Assembly (NCBI GenBank): GCA_046290465.1
Contig: JBKAGP010000001.1
Coordinates: forward strand, 2,784,001-2,848,000
Direction of reading: 5' to 3'
Length of the DNA: 64,000 nucleotides
Origin: Planctomycetota bacterium
GTDB taxonomy: Bacteria > Planctomycetota > UBA1135 > UBA2386
The position numbers and the translations under genes were made by a program. Of the stretch, positions 39,033 through 50,118 are shown in pieces; the first letter of the stretch is position 1, and each line of letters begins with the position of its first letter. Under the pieces are notes generated by a model, which saw nothing but the letters and a program-made list of their open reading frames with translations, was not told the origin of the DNA and made no database searches.

Positions 39033-40254
39033 AGACGGCGCTGGCGGCGGTGCGGCGGCCGCCGCCGCGACGGGGCTTGCGATCGCCGCCCTTGCGGGGG
39101 CCGCCGCGCTTGCCGCCGCGACCCTTGGGCATGCCGTAGCCGCGGCCCGGGGCGCTTGGCGCGTTCTGCACTTCCTTGCCGGCGAGGTGCGCCTTGACGA
39201 CCTCGTAGAGCCGCTTCTCCGACGGCGCGACCAGCGAGACCGCGCGGCCGGTCTTGCCGGCCCGGCCGGTGCGGCCCGAACGGTGGATGTAGTCCTCGAG
39301 CGCGAGCGGGAAGTCGTAGTTGACCACCAGTTCGACGTCGTCGACGTCGATGCCGCGGCCGGCGACGTCGGTCGCGATCAGGAACCGCGTGCGACCACGC
39401 GAGAACGCGCCGAGGCACGCGTGCCGCGCTTCGGCACTCTTGTCGCCGTGGATCGAGTCCGCCGGCAGGCCGGTGCGCTTCAGCATGTTGCCGAGCTTCT
39501 CGCAGCCGATCTTCTTGTTGCAGAACACCAGCACCTTGCCCTGCTCGCGGCGCAGCAGCCGCTCGAGCGCGTCGGCCTTGTCGGTCGCGCTGACCGCGGC
39601 GAAGCGGTGCGTGATCGTGCTCGCCGACTCGCTGCGACGACCGATCTGCACGCGCTCGGCGCCGGGCAAGAAGTCCTCGACCAGCGACTCGACCTCGGTG
39701 GGCAGCGTCGCCGAGAACAGCAGGTTCTGCCGCTCGTCGGGCACGCGCAGGAAGATCCGCCGGATCTGCGGCATGAACCCCATGTCCAGCATCCGGTCGG
39801 CCTCGTCGAGCACGACCATCTCCACCTTCTCGAGCGAGATGTTGCGGCGCTCGAGGTGGTCGATCAGGCGACCGGGGCAGGCGACCAGCACGTCGAGGCC
39901 GCGCTTGAACGCGCTCTCCTGGATCGACAGGTCGATGCCGCCGAACGCCGTGCACACGTGCAGGCCGGCGTGCTTGGCGTAGATGCGCAGGTTCTCGGCG
40001 ACCTGCACGCACAGCTCGCGGGTCGGCACGATGATCAGGCCGCGCAGGCCCGGCTCACCGCCGCACAGGCGGTCGAGCATCGGCAGGCCGAACGCGGCGG
40101 TCTTGCCGCTGCCGGTCTGGCCGAGGCCGATCAGTTCGTCGCCGGCGAGGACCTTGGGGATGGCGTGCGCCTGGATCTCGGTCGGCTGTTCGTAGCCGGC
40201 GTCGCGCACGCCCTTGAGGATGGGCTTCTTCAGCCCGAGGGATTCAAAACTCAC
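39031..40254 (-). CDS. DEAD-box RNA helicase (RhlE-like)
   Basis: Q-motif GYEQPTEIQ, TGSGKT, PTREL, LDEADRM, SAT, TDVAGRG, HRSGRTGR; basic Gly-rich tail. Confidence 0.93.
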   Translation of the reverse strand: MSFESLGLKKPILKGVRDAGYEQPTEIQAHAIPKVLAGDELIGLGQTGSGKTAAFGLPMLDRLCGGEPGLRGLIIVPTRELCVQVAENLRIYAKHAGLHVCTAFGGIDLSIQESAFKRGLDVLVACPGRLIDHLERRNISLEKVEMVVLDEADRMLDMGFMPQIRRIFLRVPDERQNLLFSATLPTEVESLVEDFLPGAERVQIGRRSESASTITHRFAAVSATDKADALERLLRREQGKVLVFCNKKIGCEKLGNMLKRTGLPADSIHGDKSAEARHACLGAFSRGRTRFLIATDVAGRGIDVDDVELVVNYDFPLALEDYIHRSGRTGRAGKTGRAVSLVAPSEKRLYEVVKAHLAGKEVQNAPSAPGRGYGMPKGRGGKRGGPRKGGDRKPRRGGGRRTAASAV

Positions 40255-40714
40255 GGGGATGTCAGGTTGTGGCAGCGGGCCCGATCGTCGGGCGCTGGGC
40301 TGCGGGGATTCGGTTTGCGTCGCATGGCGCACCCGCCCCCGAACCCTGGCCGACCCACCTGGTCGCCACCCGCCGGACGCTGCGTACACCGCGCGTGTCG
40401 TGCTCGAACCGGGTCGTCGCGACCACCGTCGATGGAATGACCGCGGCGATCGCCACTGTCGGTTCCGTGCACAACTGTCGTTGGCATCGGTCGTTCGCTG
40501 CCTCGACTTGAGACCGGAATCCGTTCCGGCGGCAGCATCCCGATGGTCGAGGCGGCCAATCGGGCCCCGTCGACGCGGGGAATGGTAGCCCGAACCGCCT
40601 GGCCCCACAAGATCCCGGCGGTCCGGGGCCCGGCACGGGCCCAGTCGGCGGCGGTCGCGTGCGCTCCCGTCGCGGCCTGCGGAAGTCCGAGCGGCGCCCG
40701 CTACGATCCCGGCC

Positions 40715-41179
40715 ATGCATTGCCCTTCGCCCAACGAACACCACCAGCTCCTCGCGCGCTTCGCCGGCACTTGGCACGGCAAGGAAACCATGCATCCGTC
40801 GGAGTGGAGCCCGGAGACGATGGTGCTGGACGCCACCACGACGTGGCGCGTCGACCTCGGCGGCTTCGTGCTGATCACCGATTACGAGCAGCACAAGGAC
40901 GGCCAACCGACCTACCGCGGCCACGGCGTCTACACGATCGACCCGGAGAGTAACGAGGTCGTGCTGCACTGGTTCGACCAGATGGCCGGCCAGCGCGAGG
41001 AGTTCCGCGGCAGCTGGACCGGCCAGGAGCTGACCCTGCAGAGCAAGAACCAGATGGGCTTCATGCGGCTGCACTACGACCTGTCGGTCGACGGCCAGCT
41101 CGAGACCCGGGGCGAGATGTCGGCCGACGGGGAGAACTGGAAGCCGATGTTCGACGGCGAGCACAGCCGACGGGGCTGA
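40715..41179 (+). CDS. DUF1579-like beta-barrel protein
   Basis: H.LL..FAGTW, LGGF.L, GHG..T.D, WFD.M. Confidence 0.65.
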   Translation: MHCPSPNEHHQLLARFAGTWHGKETMHPSEWSPETMVLDATTTWRVDLGGFVLITDYEQHKDGQPTYRGHGVYTIDPESNEVVLHWFDQMAGQREEFRGSWTGQELTLQSKNQMGFMRLHYDLSVDGQLETRGEMSADGENWKPMFDGEHSRRG

Positions 41180-41219
41180 TCACACCGCGCGGATCACACC
41201 GCGCGGATCACACCGCGCG
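41178..41219. repeat. 14-bp tandem repeat GATCACACCGCGCG x3
   Basis: Directly visible at the stop of the upstream gene. Confidence 0.85.
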
Positions 41220-41291
41220 GAGACGCTGCGGCGGCCAGGCCATTGTTCCCGCGCAGGGGTGCTGCAGCCGAACAAAAGGTGTCGCCACCGA

Positions 41292-41675
41292 TCACTTGCG
41301 ACCGATGGCGACGAGCTGCAGGGCGTCCTCCGGCGACGAGCCGTCGTTGGTCGTCGTCGCCTCGCCGCGCAGGCAGACGGGGGCATCCGTCGGCCGCGCT
41401 TCGCCCTGCAGGTGCAGGACCGCGTGCAGCGCCAGCAGCTCGAACTGGGTCGTCGAACTCTGGTTGGCCGGCGTGCGGAACCAGCGGTGTTCGCCCTTCT
41501 CAGGTTCTACCCGGACCAGCACGGTGCCGTCGTCCTCGACGAACCATCCACCGATCCGCCCTTCGAGGGTCACGTCGCGCCGAGGCGTCGTCGTGGCGGA
41601 CGGCGAGGTCCACAGAGAAGAGGTGAGCGGGACGGAGATGGCGGCGAGCGCCAGGGCAACGGACTTGATCAACAT
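41292..41675 (-). CDS. Small exported hypothetical protein
   Basis: MLIKSVALALAAISVP signal-like N-terminus; GC3-rich codons. Confidence 0.5.
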   Translation of the reverse strand: MLIKSVALALAAISVPLTSSLWTSPSATTTPRRDVTLEGRIGGWFVEDDGTVLVRVEPEKGEHRWFRTPANQSSTTQFELLALHAVLHLQGEARPTDAPVCLRGEATTTNDGSSPEDALQLVAIGRK

Positions 41676-41734
41676 GACTGGATGGTCGGGTAAGGGAGGA
41701 AAGGCGGGCGAACGGGAGCGTTGCTGCGGGCAGA

Positions 41735-42244
41735 TCAGGCGGTTTCCTGCGACTGCAGCAGCCAGTGGTCCTTCTCGAGGTGGCCCAGCGCGCCGATCAC
41801 GAGGTCTTCGGAGACCGGGTCGTTGACGGCGATGTCGGGCAGCAGGTTGCGGCCGCGCTCGACGACCAGCGACAGATCGGTGCAGCACTGACGGATGGCT
41901 TCGCTGACGGTCAGGGCACCGGCCGGGAACTCTCCGAGGCGCATGTGCTCGGCGACGATCCGCGGACGGGCGTCGGCCTGGCCGCCGATCGTCACGACGC
42001 GTTCGGCGACGTCGTCGACGGTGCGCTGCACGTGCACCAGGATCTCGTCGAGCTGCTCGTGGATGCTCTTGAAGCGCGGACCGCGCAGGTTCCAGTGCGC
42101 CTGCTTCAGGCGCAGGGACAGGGCGACGAGGTCGACGAGCCAGATGTTGAGCCGTTCGCAGACCTCGCTGCGCTTGTGCTCGTCGAGGCCGAACGGAACG
42201 GGGCGGACGTCGGGAAGGGAAGACAGGGTCGAACTGATGGTCAT
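41735..42244 (-). CDS. dps: Dps DNA starvation/stationary-phase protection protein
   Basis: KQAHWNLRGPRFKSIHEQLDE, DDVAER, D.VSED, LEKDHW; alternative GTG start 42313 overlaps upstream stop. Confidence 0.92.
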   Translation of the reverse strand: MTISSTLSSLPDVRPVPFGLDEHKRSEVCERLNIWLVDLVALSLRLKQAHWNLRGPRFKSIHEQLDEILVHVQRTVDDVAERVVTIGGQADARPRIVAEHMRLGEFPAGALTVSEAIRQCCTDLSLVVERGRNLLPDIAVNDPVSEDLVIGALGHLEKDHWLLQSQETA

Positions 42245-42309
42245 AGGGTGTTCCATGGGTTTGGGAATGGGGACGGCGTCGGGACGCAGCGGCGACGGCT
42301 CCGGCTCGG

Positions 42310-42801
42310 TCACGAGCGCGCCTCTCCGACGACCGGGTCGTCGATCGCGACGATGCGCTGGTAGTCGCTGGTGCCGATCGCGGTCAGCGCCAGCGCCTCG
42401 AGGCCCTTCTCGTCGGCGACGTCGACGGCGACGAGGATCGCGCCGTCCTGGATGTCCTGGCTGCGCAAGAGCGCCTCGTTCTCGGGGATGCCGAGGCCGA
42501 CGAGGCCGCCGAGCAGGCCACCTGCAACGGAGCCGGCGAGCACGCCGACGATCGGACCGGTGAAGACCGCGCCGACCCCGACGAGCGCGCCGGCGACCAG
42601 GCCGCCGGTCGAGCCGAGGGCCACTCCGGCCAGCGCGCCCTTCTTGGCGGCGGTGCGTTCGGTCGCCATGAACGCCTGGCCCGACGCGCTGTCGGCGGCG
42701 AGCACCGAGATCGCGTCCGGAGCGAAGCCGGCGTCCTCGAGGTCTTGGGCCGCGCGGGACGCGCGCTCCTGGTCCTGGAAGATTGCGAGGATGCGTTTCA
42801 T
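42310..42801 (-). CDS. General-stress-type glycine-zipper membrane protein
   Basis: AIF...A..A..DL..AGF....ISVL, Gly-rich GG..GL.G helices, GLGIPE.EA, G.ILVAV. Confidence 0.75.
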   Translation of the reverse strand: MKRILAIFQDQERASRAAQDLEDAGFAPDAISVLAADSASGQAFMATERTAAKKGALAGVALGSTGGLVAGALVGVGAVFTGPIVGVLAGSVAGGLLGGLVGLGIPENEALLRSQDIQDGAILVAVDVADEKGLEALALTAIGTSDYQRIVAIDDPVVGEARS

Positions 42802-42814
42802 GCCGGAGCAGGTC

Positions 42815-42830
42815 GCAAGCTCCGTGCCAA
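42815..42830 (-). promoter_or_regulatory. Sigma54 -24/-12 promoter
   Basis: Minus strand TTGGCACGGAGCTTGC = TGGCAC-N5-TTGC, 13 nt before ATG 42801. Confidence 0.85.
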
Positions 42831-42839
42831 CAGCGTTTT

Positions 42840-42917
42840 GTGCAGATGCTGCACGCGCTCCCCGGAACCGGCGCCGGCCCGCATCCCGATCCCCGTGCAG
42901 ATCCTGCAAAGCTTGCA
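42840..42917. promoter_or_regulatory. Candidate activator-binding palindromes TGCA-N5-TGCA
   Basis: GTGCAGATGCTGCAC 42840-42854; GTGCAGATCCTGCAAAGCTTGCA 42895-42917. Confidence 0.45.
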
Positions 42918-42948
42918 AGCAGTGCCGCCGGTGCCCCAGTATCCGGCC

Positions 42949-44892
42949 ATGACGCGCGACGACGACGGGGCCCGTTCGCGGCCCGAGCGGGCCCGGCTGG
43001 CGCACCTGCGCCTGGTCGAGCGGGCCCTGCACGGCGCAGCCAACAGCATCATCATCTGCGACGCCCGGCGCGAAGACCTGCCGATGACCTACGTCAACGC
43101 GGCGTTCGAGCAGCTGACCGGCTACCGCTCGGCCGAGGTCCTCGGCCTCAATTGCCGGATGCTGAACGACACCGACCGCGACCAGCCGGCGCTGCAGGAG
43201 GTTCGCGACGCGCTGCGCGAACGCCGCGGCACCCGCGTCGTGCTGCGCAACTACCGCAAGGACGGCTCGCCGTTCTGGAACGAACTGACGCTGTCGCCGA
43301 TGTTCGACGCGGCGGGAGAACTGACCCACTACATCGGCACCCAGGTCGACGTCACCGAGCGCATGGAGTTTGCGGCCGAACGCGAGCGCCTGCTTGCCGA
43401 GACGCTCGCCGAACGACAGCGCGCCGAGCGCGCCGCGACCGCGCGCGACCGGCTGCTCGCGGTCGTCTCGCACGAGCTGCGTTCGCCGCTCAACGGCATC
43501 CGGCTGTGGACCTCGCTGCTGCAGGACACCGACCACCCGGACCAGGAGCTGGTCCGGCGCGCGGTCGCCAACATCGAGAGCGGCGTCACCGCGCAGGCCC
43601 GCATCCTCGAGGACCTGCTCGACGCGACCCGCCTCGAGAGCGGCGGGCTGCAGCTCGAGCGCACGCCGGTCGACCTGGTGCCGCTGGCCCGCCGCGTCGT
43701 CGAGCGCAACGCGCCGGCCGCGGTCGAACAGGGCCAGCAGCTGACGTTCGCCGCCGACGTCGACGAGGCGATCGTGCTCGCCGATCGTGGCCGCATCGAG
43801 CAGGTCCTGCAGAACCTGATCGACAACGCCCGTAAGTTCTCGGAGGCCGGTGCCGCCACCCGCGTCGAGGTCGCGATCTCGGGGGACAGCGCGCAGCTGC
43901 GCGTTCGCGACCAGGGCCGCGGCATCGCGGCCGACGACCTCGGCGACCTGTTCGACCGGTTCTGGCAGGGCGCGCGCACCGGCGACCGCGAACAGGACGG
44001 CCTCGGCCTCGGGCTGCACCTGGTGCGCCACCTCGTCGAGCACCAAGGCGGCCGGGTCGAGGCCCACAGCGACGGCCTCGGAACGGGCGCCGAGCTCCGC
44101 ATCGAGCTGCCGCTGCACCGCCGCGCCGACGACGACGCAGAGCAGCGACCGGCGACGTCCACCGATGCGCCGCTGCCGGCCGGCGACCTGCTGGTCGTCG
44201 ACGACGACCCGGCAACGGCCGAGGCGCTGGCGCTCGGCCTGCGCATGGCCGGCTACGAGCCACGCGTCGCGCGCGACGTTCCGACCGCGCTGGCCGAACT
44301 CGACTCGCGACGGCCGCGCGCCCTGGTCAGCGACCTCGGCATCGGCACGCGCTCCGGCTTCGAACTGGCGCAGCGTCTGCGCCGGCTCGAGTTCGACCAG
44401 CGGCTGCCGCGCACGCCTGCGATCGCGATCTCGGGGCGGGACCTGCCCGAGGATGCCCGCGACAGCCGCGCCGCCGGCTTCGACCGCTACCTGCGCAAGC
44501 CGGTCGCGATGCGCCCGCTGGTCGCGGCGCTGCGCGCCCTGCTCGAGGCCGACAAGGCGCCGGCGCTCGACGTGCTGATCGTGCACGGCGACCGCCAGGC
44601 AGGCGAACGGCTGCGCGAACTGCTGCTCGGCCACGGCCACAGCGTGCAGGTCGCGCCCGACGCGGCGGCGGCGCTGGCGCAGATCGCGCAGCACCCGGTC
44701 GACGCCGTGGTCGCGACCGCGACGCTGCCCGACGGCGACGGCGAGACCCTGCACGCGTCCGTGCAGCAGACCGCGCCGCAGACGCTCGCGATCACGCTCG
44801 GCGACGGCGACGATCCGGAGCAGGTCGCAGCGGAGGTGGCGTTCCGCCTGTGGCGCTGGCAACGTCTGCCGATCTCCGCCGACGAACGGTAG
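42949..44892 (+). CDS. LOV-domain hybrid histidine kinase (LOV-HisKA-HATPase-REC-degenerate REC)
   Basis: YVNAAFEQLTGY..EVLGLNCRML, NYRKDG.PFWN, YIGTQ.DVT; SHELRSPL; NLIDNARKF; GLGLGL; VDDD..SD..KP. Confidence 0.9.
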   Translation: MTRDDDGARSRPERARLAHLRLVERALHGAANSIIICDARREDLPMTYVNAAFEQLTGYRSAEVLGLNCRMLNDTDRDQPALQEVRDALRERRGTRVVLRNYRKDGSPFWNELTLSPMFDAAGELTHYIGTQVDVTERMEFAAERERLLAETLAERQRAERAATARDRLLAVVSHELRSPLNGIRLWTSLLQDTDHPDQELVRRAVANIESGVTAQARILEDLLDATRLESGGLQLERTPVDLVPLARRVVERNAPAAVEQGQQLTFAADVDEAIVLADRGRIEQVLQNLIDNARKFSEAGAATRVEVAISGDSAQLRVRDQGRGIAADDLGDLFDRFWQGARTGDREQDGLGLGLHLVRHLVEHQGGRVEAHSDGLGTGAELRIELPLHRRADDDAEQRPATSTDAPLPAGDLLVVDDDPATAEALALGLRMAGYEPRVARDVPTALAELDSRRPRALVSDLGIGTRSGFELAQRLRRLEFDQRLPRTPAIAISGRDLPEDARDSRAAGFDRYLRKPVAMRPLVAALRALLEADKAPALDVLIVHGDRQAGERLRELLLGHGHSVQVAPDAAAALAQIAQHPVDAVVATATLPDGDGETLHASVQQTAPQTLAITLGDGDDPEQVAAEVAFRLWRWQRLPISADER

Positions 44893-44902
44893 GATCCGGC
44901 GC

Positions 44903-46300
<1,398 letters not shown>

Positions 46301-46380
46301 CGTCCGCCACCGAAGCCGTCTGCTCAGGACAACTTACGCCCGCACCACCGGATCGCCCCGGCCACCGGCACGCAACGCTA

Positions 46381-46445
46381 TGTAAAGCATGTTTGACACA
46401 AGGTCGAAGATGGGTTACATCGATCGATGTCAAACATCCTTTACA
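46381..46445 (+). promoter_or_regulatory. Pair of inverted 18-bp operators flanking a sigma70-type promoter
   Basis: TGTAAAGCATGTTTGACA (46381-98) and TGTCAAACATCCTTTACA (46428-45), 1 mismatch; TTGACA-N17-TACATC. Confidence 0.65.
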
Positions 46446-46473
46446 CCAACGACCCGCACCCACCGACGACCCG

Positions 46474-46893
46474 ATGTCCTTCGAAGAAAAGAGCACCTGG
46501 ATCATGGCCGTGATCAGCCCGGTCGCCTGCGCCGTCTACGTGCTCAACGTCCTCACCCGCCTCGAGCACGCGCCCGCCACCGAGGTCCACTACGCTTGGC
46601 CGATGATCGTCTCGATCGTCGCCGCGGTGGTCGCGTCGATCGTCGCGCACATCGTCGTGTCGATCGCCAACCCGCGCGAGGCCGACCGGCGCGACGAGCG
46701 TGACGCCCACATCGCGCGCTTCGGCGGCCACGTCAGCGGCTTCGTGCTGGCGATCGCCTGCGTCAACGTGCTGATCCTGGCGATCACCGAGGTCGCCCAC
46801 TTCTGGATCGCCAACGCCATCTACGCGTCGCTCGTGCTCGCCGACGTCACCGGCTCGATCACGAAGATCGTCGGCTACCGTCGGGGCTTCTGA
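46474..46893 (+). CDS. Four-TM membrane protein (DERD motif, DUF2178-like)
   Basis: MSFEEK..W, DERD..I, YRRG C-terminus; coupled to XRE gene. Confidence 0.7.
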   Translation: MSFEEKSTWIMAVISPVACAVYVLNVLTRLEHAPATEVHYAWPMIVSIVAAVVASIVAHIVVSIANPREADRRDERDAHIARFGGHVSGFVLAIACVNVLILAITEVAHFWIANAIYASLVLADVTGSITKIVGYRRGF

Positions 46894-47114
46894 TGGGCAA
46901 GCCGACCAGGATCACCAACCGCATCCGCGCGCTGCGCTTCGAACACGGCGAGATGACCCAGCAGGAGCTGGCCGACGCGGTCGGCGTGACCCGCCAGACG
47001 ATCCTGGCGATCGAGCAGTCGCGCTACTCCCCCAGCCTCGAGGTCGCCTTCAAGATCGCCAAGGCCTTCGACGTCGAACTCGGCGAGGTGTTCGCCTACC
47101 CGGACGACGCGTGA
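46893..47114 (+). CDS. XRE-family HTH transcriptional regulator
   Basis: [37 protein letters not shown]. Confidence 0.92.
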   Translation: MGKPTRITNRIRALRFEHGEMTQQELADAVGVTRQTILAIEQSRYSPSLEVAFKIAKAFDVELGEVFAYPDDA

Positions 47115-47686
47115 GTGCGCTCCTCGAGCCGAACCAGCGCCAACTGCTCGCGGCGCTGCAGGCGCTCGGCCTGCGCGACCGCACCGTGCTCGAGATCGGC
47201 TGCGGCCGCGCGCCGCTGCACGCGCAGCTGGTCGATGCCGGTGCGAACGTGGTCGGGGTCGAACTGCAGCAACCGCTCCTGGACGCCGCGCGGGCCGGCG
47301 ACGACGCGCGTCGGCGCTACCTGCACGGCGACTTCGTCGCGCTCGCCGACGAGATCGGCGCCGTCGACGTGGCGCTGCTCGACAAGGTCGTGCACTGCTA
47401 CGGCGATCCCGAGGCGCTGGTGCGGCGTGCCGCGCAGGCCGCGCGCATCGCGGTGGCGCTGAGCTTTCCCCGCAACGTGCTCTGGCTGCGCTGCCTGCTG
47501 ACGTGCGTCGGGCCGGTGATGGGCCTGCTGCCCGGCCTGCGCAGCCTGCCGTTCCGGGTCCGGTTCACCAGGCCCGAGACCGTGCGCGGCTGGCTGCTCG
47601 ACGAAGGCCTGCGCTGTCGTTCGCGAAGCGACGCAGGGCCGTGGCACACCGAGCTCTACGTGCGGGACGCAGCCGCGCCCGCATGA
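47111..47686 (+). CDS. Class I SAM-dependent methyltransferase
   Basis: VLEIGCG, GVE, GDFV, DKVVHCY. Confidence 0.75.
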   Translation: MSALLEPNQRQLLAALQALGLRDRTVLEIGCGRAPLHAQLVDAGANVVGVELQQPLLDAARAGDDARRRYLHGDFVALADEIGAVDVALLDKVVHCYGDPEALVRRAAQAARIAVALSFPRNVLWLRCLLTCVGPVMGLLPGLRSLPFRVRFTRPETVRGWLLDEGLRCRSRSDAGPWHTELYVRDAAAPA

Positions 47687-47699
47687 CGACGGGCCGGCG

Positions 47700-49151
47700 T
47701 CAAACGCCCAGCCGGCGCGACAGGTCGGTCTGGAAGAAGCCGGTCGGATCCCACTGCTGCTTGAGCGCACGGAACTTCGCGACGGCTGCTTCGCCGTGCA
47801 CGCGCGGGAACGACGATTCCATCAGCACGGCGTCCTTGGCGTAGTAGAAGCGGCCGCCGGCATCGAGCACGATCTCGGCCATCTCCTGGCACATGCGCCA
47901 CAGGCTCTCGCGCTTGCCGTGGTTCCTGCTGACGCAGATGTCCATCGCCATCGAGTAGCCGTCGACCGCGTGCGTCATCAAGAACGGGTCGGGCTTGTGC
48001 TTCTTGAGCACGCCGAGGTACGGCACGTGGCCCTTGCGCTGGCACAGCTCGATCAGCTGCCGCAGGACCCGCGGCGCCTCGTTCTTCGGGAGGAACGGCT
48101 GGAACTGGATCAGCCCGCCCGGCTTGGTCATCCACTGCCAGCGCGGCACGTAGTCGAGCAGGAAGTGGAACGCGCCGTGGCTCTGCAGGTAGGGCGAGTT
48201 GCGTTCCTCGCGGTAGCCGGCCAGGAACTTCAGCCAGTTGACCAGACCGACCTGGCCGGACTTGACCGCGCACCACATGCCCGGCCACAGCCAGCCCTTC
48301 GGCACCACGCCGAAGATGTTGGGCGGCACGTCCTGCAGCGACGGGTCGAAGAAGCGCAGGCCGTCCGGGTCCTCGCCCGGGTTCATCTGGTCGGCGCGGT
48401 GCATCAGCCCGCGGCCGAGCGCCTTGCCCTTGGCGTGCACGTCGACCCAGCTGACCAGGTAGTCGGCTTCGCCGTGCATGTCCTCGAGGATCTCGAAGTT
48501 GTGGTCGAGGTCCTTGCAGACGATGCCCCAGACGCGCAGGCGGCCGGAGTGCACACGCTTGGTCTCGATCTCGAGGCGCGTGAAGCAGCCGAGCATGCCG
48601 AAGCCGCCGATCGCGGCGTGGAACAGTTCGGGGTTCTGTTCGCGCGAGCACTGCACCAACTCGCCCTTCGGCGTCATCAGCTCGAACGAACGGATGCCCT
48701 CGCCGAACGAGCCGAGGCGGTAGTTGTTCTTGCCGTGGATGTTCATCGCGGCGGCGCCGCCCATCGACACCTGCATCGTGCCGCTGACGACGCGCGGCCA
48801 GTAGCCGCAGCCGATCGACCGCCGCCACAGATCGCGCACGGTCACGCCCGGCTCACAGGTCGCGACGCCGGTCGCCGGATCGAACGCCAGGATCCGGTTC
48901 ATGCTCGTCAGGTCGAGCACGTGGCCGTGGTTGTTGGTCGACGCGTCGCCGTAGCTGCAGCCGGCGCCGCGCAGCGCCAGCGTCTTGCCGTCGCGCTGCA
49001 CCTGCGCGAACGCGGCCGCGACCTGTTCGGTCGTCTTCGGCCGGAACACCTGCGCCGGTCCGCCGACCGACATGCCGAACCCCATCACCGACTCGTTGCG
49101 CCAGGTCGGCGATGCGGCGGTCGTGTCGGGATCTTGCGTCGAGGAGGTCAT
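47700..49151 (-). CDS. FAD-linked oxidoreductase, DprE1-like
   Basis: RGAGCSYGD, SGT..VSMGG....IHGKN, GGFGM.G, GGRFYYAKDA, DP...F.TDLSRRL. Confidence 0.85.
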   Translation of the reverse strand: MTSSTQDPDTTAASPTWRNESVMGFGMSVGGPAQVFRPKTTEQVAAAFAQVQRDGKTLALRGAGCSYGDASTNNHGHVLDLTSMNRILAFDPATGVATCEPGVTVRDLWRRSIGCGYWPRVVSGTMQVSMGGAAAMNIHGKNNYRLGSFGEGIRSFELMTPKGELVQCSREQNPELFHAAIGGFGMLGCFTRLEIETKRVHSGRLRVWGIVCKDLDHNFEILEDMHGEADYLVSWVDVHAKGKALGRGLMHRADQMNPGEDPDGLRFFDPSLQDVPPNIFGVVPKGWLWPGMWCAVKSGQVGLVNWLKFLAGYREERNSPYLQSHGAFHFLLDYVPRWQWMTKPGGLIQFQPFLPKNEAPRVLRQLIELCQRKGHVPYLGVLKKHKPDPFLMTHAVDGYSMAMDICVSRNHGKRESLWRMCQEMAEIVLDAGGRFYYAKDAVLMESSFPRVHGEAAVAKFRALKQQWDPTGFFQTDLSRRLGV

Positions 49152-49191
49152 GGCTTCGGGGGCGAACGTCGGCGCCTGCAGCGATGTTTCG

Positions 49192-49249
49192 GCAAGCTCG
49201 ATCGAATCGAGCAAGCTCGATCGAATCGACCAGGGGTCGATCGCATCGA
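49192..49249. repeat. 19-bp tandem repeat GCAAGCTCGATCGAATCGA x2 plus degenerate third copy
   Basis: Directly visible in spacer between SDR and oxidoreductase. Confidence 0.7.
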
Positions 49250-49266
49250 CCAAGGTTGGAACTCGA

Positions 49267-50016
49267 TCAGATCGACAGCTTGCGGAACACGAACGACGGG
49301 ATGTTGCGGATCACGAACATGATCAAGCGCCACTTGCCGGGCACGTAGACGATCGCCTTGCGCCGGTCGCGCGCCTTCAGGATCAGCTCTGCGGCCTTAT
49401 CGGCCGGGATCGCGCCCTTCAGCTGAAGGTCCGCCGTCATCGGCGTTTCGACGAACCCCGGCCGGATCGTCGTGACCTGCACGCCGTGCCGCCAGAGCCG
49501 GTTGCGCAGCGCCTCGAGGTAGGTGTCCATGCCGGCCTTGCTGGCGTTGTAGACCGGGCGGCCGATGCGGCCGCGATCCTGCGCGACCGACGTCACGCCG
49601 ACGATGCAGCCGCGCTTGCGCTGCTGGAACCGCCGCGCCGCCGCGTTGCACCACGCGATCGCACCGAGGAAGTTGACGTGGACCTGCAGGCGGTCCTTGT
49701 CGAGGTCGAACTCGTCCGGACCGACCTCGGGCATCACCCCGGCGACGAAGTGCAGTTCGTCGACGTCGCCGCACTCCTGCTCGATCCGGGCGAACAGCGC
49801 TTCGGCCGCATCGACGTCGGACGCGTCGTGCACGTAGGCCGTGGCGACCTGCTTGCCGAGCGCCTCGTCGATCAGCGCGACCTGGGCCGCGAGTTCGTCC
49901 TGGCGGCGCGCCAGCAGCGCGACCTTGCGACCTTGGCGGGCCAGGCGGCGCGCGACCGCCAGGCCGATGCCGGACGACGCGCCGACGACGATGCAGGTGC
50001 CGTTGCGGGGGCTCAT
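49267..50016 (-). CDS. Short-chain dehydrogenase, DprE2-like
   Basis: GASSGIG, SVA.DRGR, YNASK, RPGFV.TPMT. Confidence 0.85.
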   Translation of the reverse strand: MSPRNGTCIVVGASSGIGLAVARRLARQGRKVALLARRQDELAAQVALIDEALGKQVATAYVHDASDVDAAEALFARIEQECGDVDELHFVAGVMPEVGPDEFDLDKDRLQVHVNFLGAIAWCNAAARRFQQRKRGCIVGVTSVAQDRGRIGRPVYNASKAGMDTYLEALRNRLWRHGVQVTTIRPGFVETPMTADLQLKGAIPADKAAELILKARDRRKAIVYVPGKWRLIMFVIRNIPSFVFRKLSI

Positions 50017-50118
50017 GAGGCCCGAGAGGAGACGCCTCGCACCCGGCGATTGCAACCGCGGCAACGTTCAGCGGCCGCCGCGCTTGCCGGATCGGCGCCC
50101 CGCCTCCATCATCGCGCC

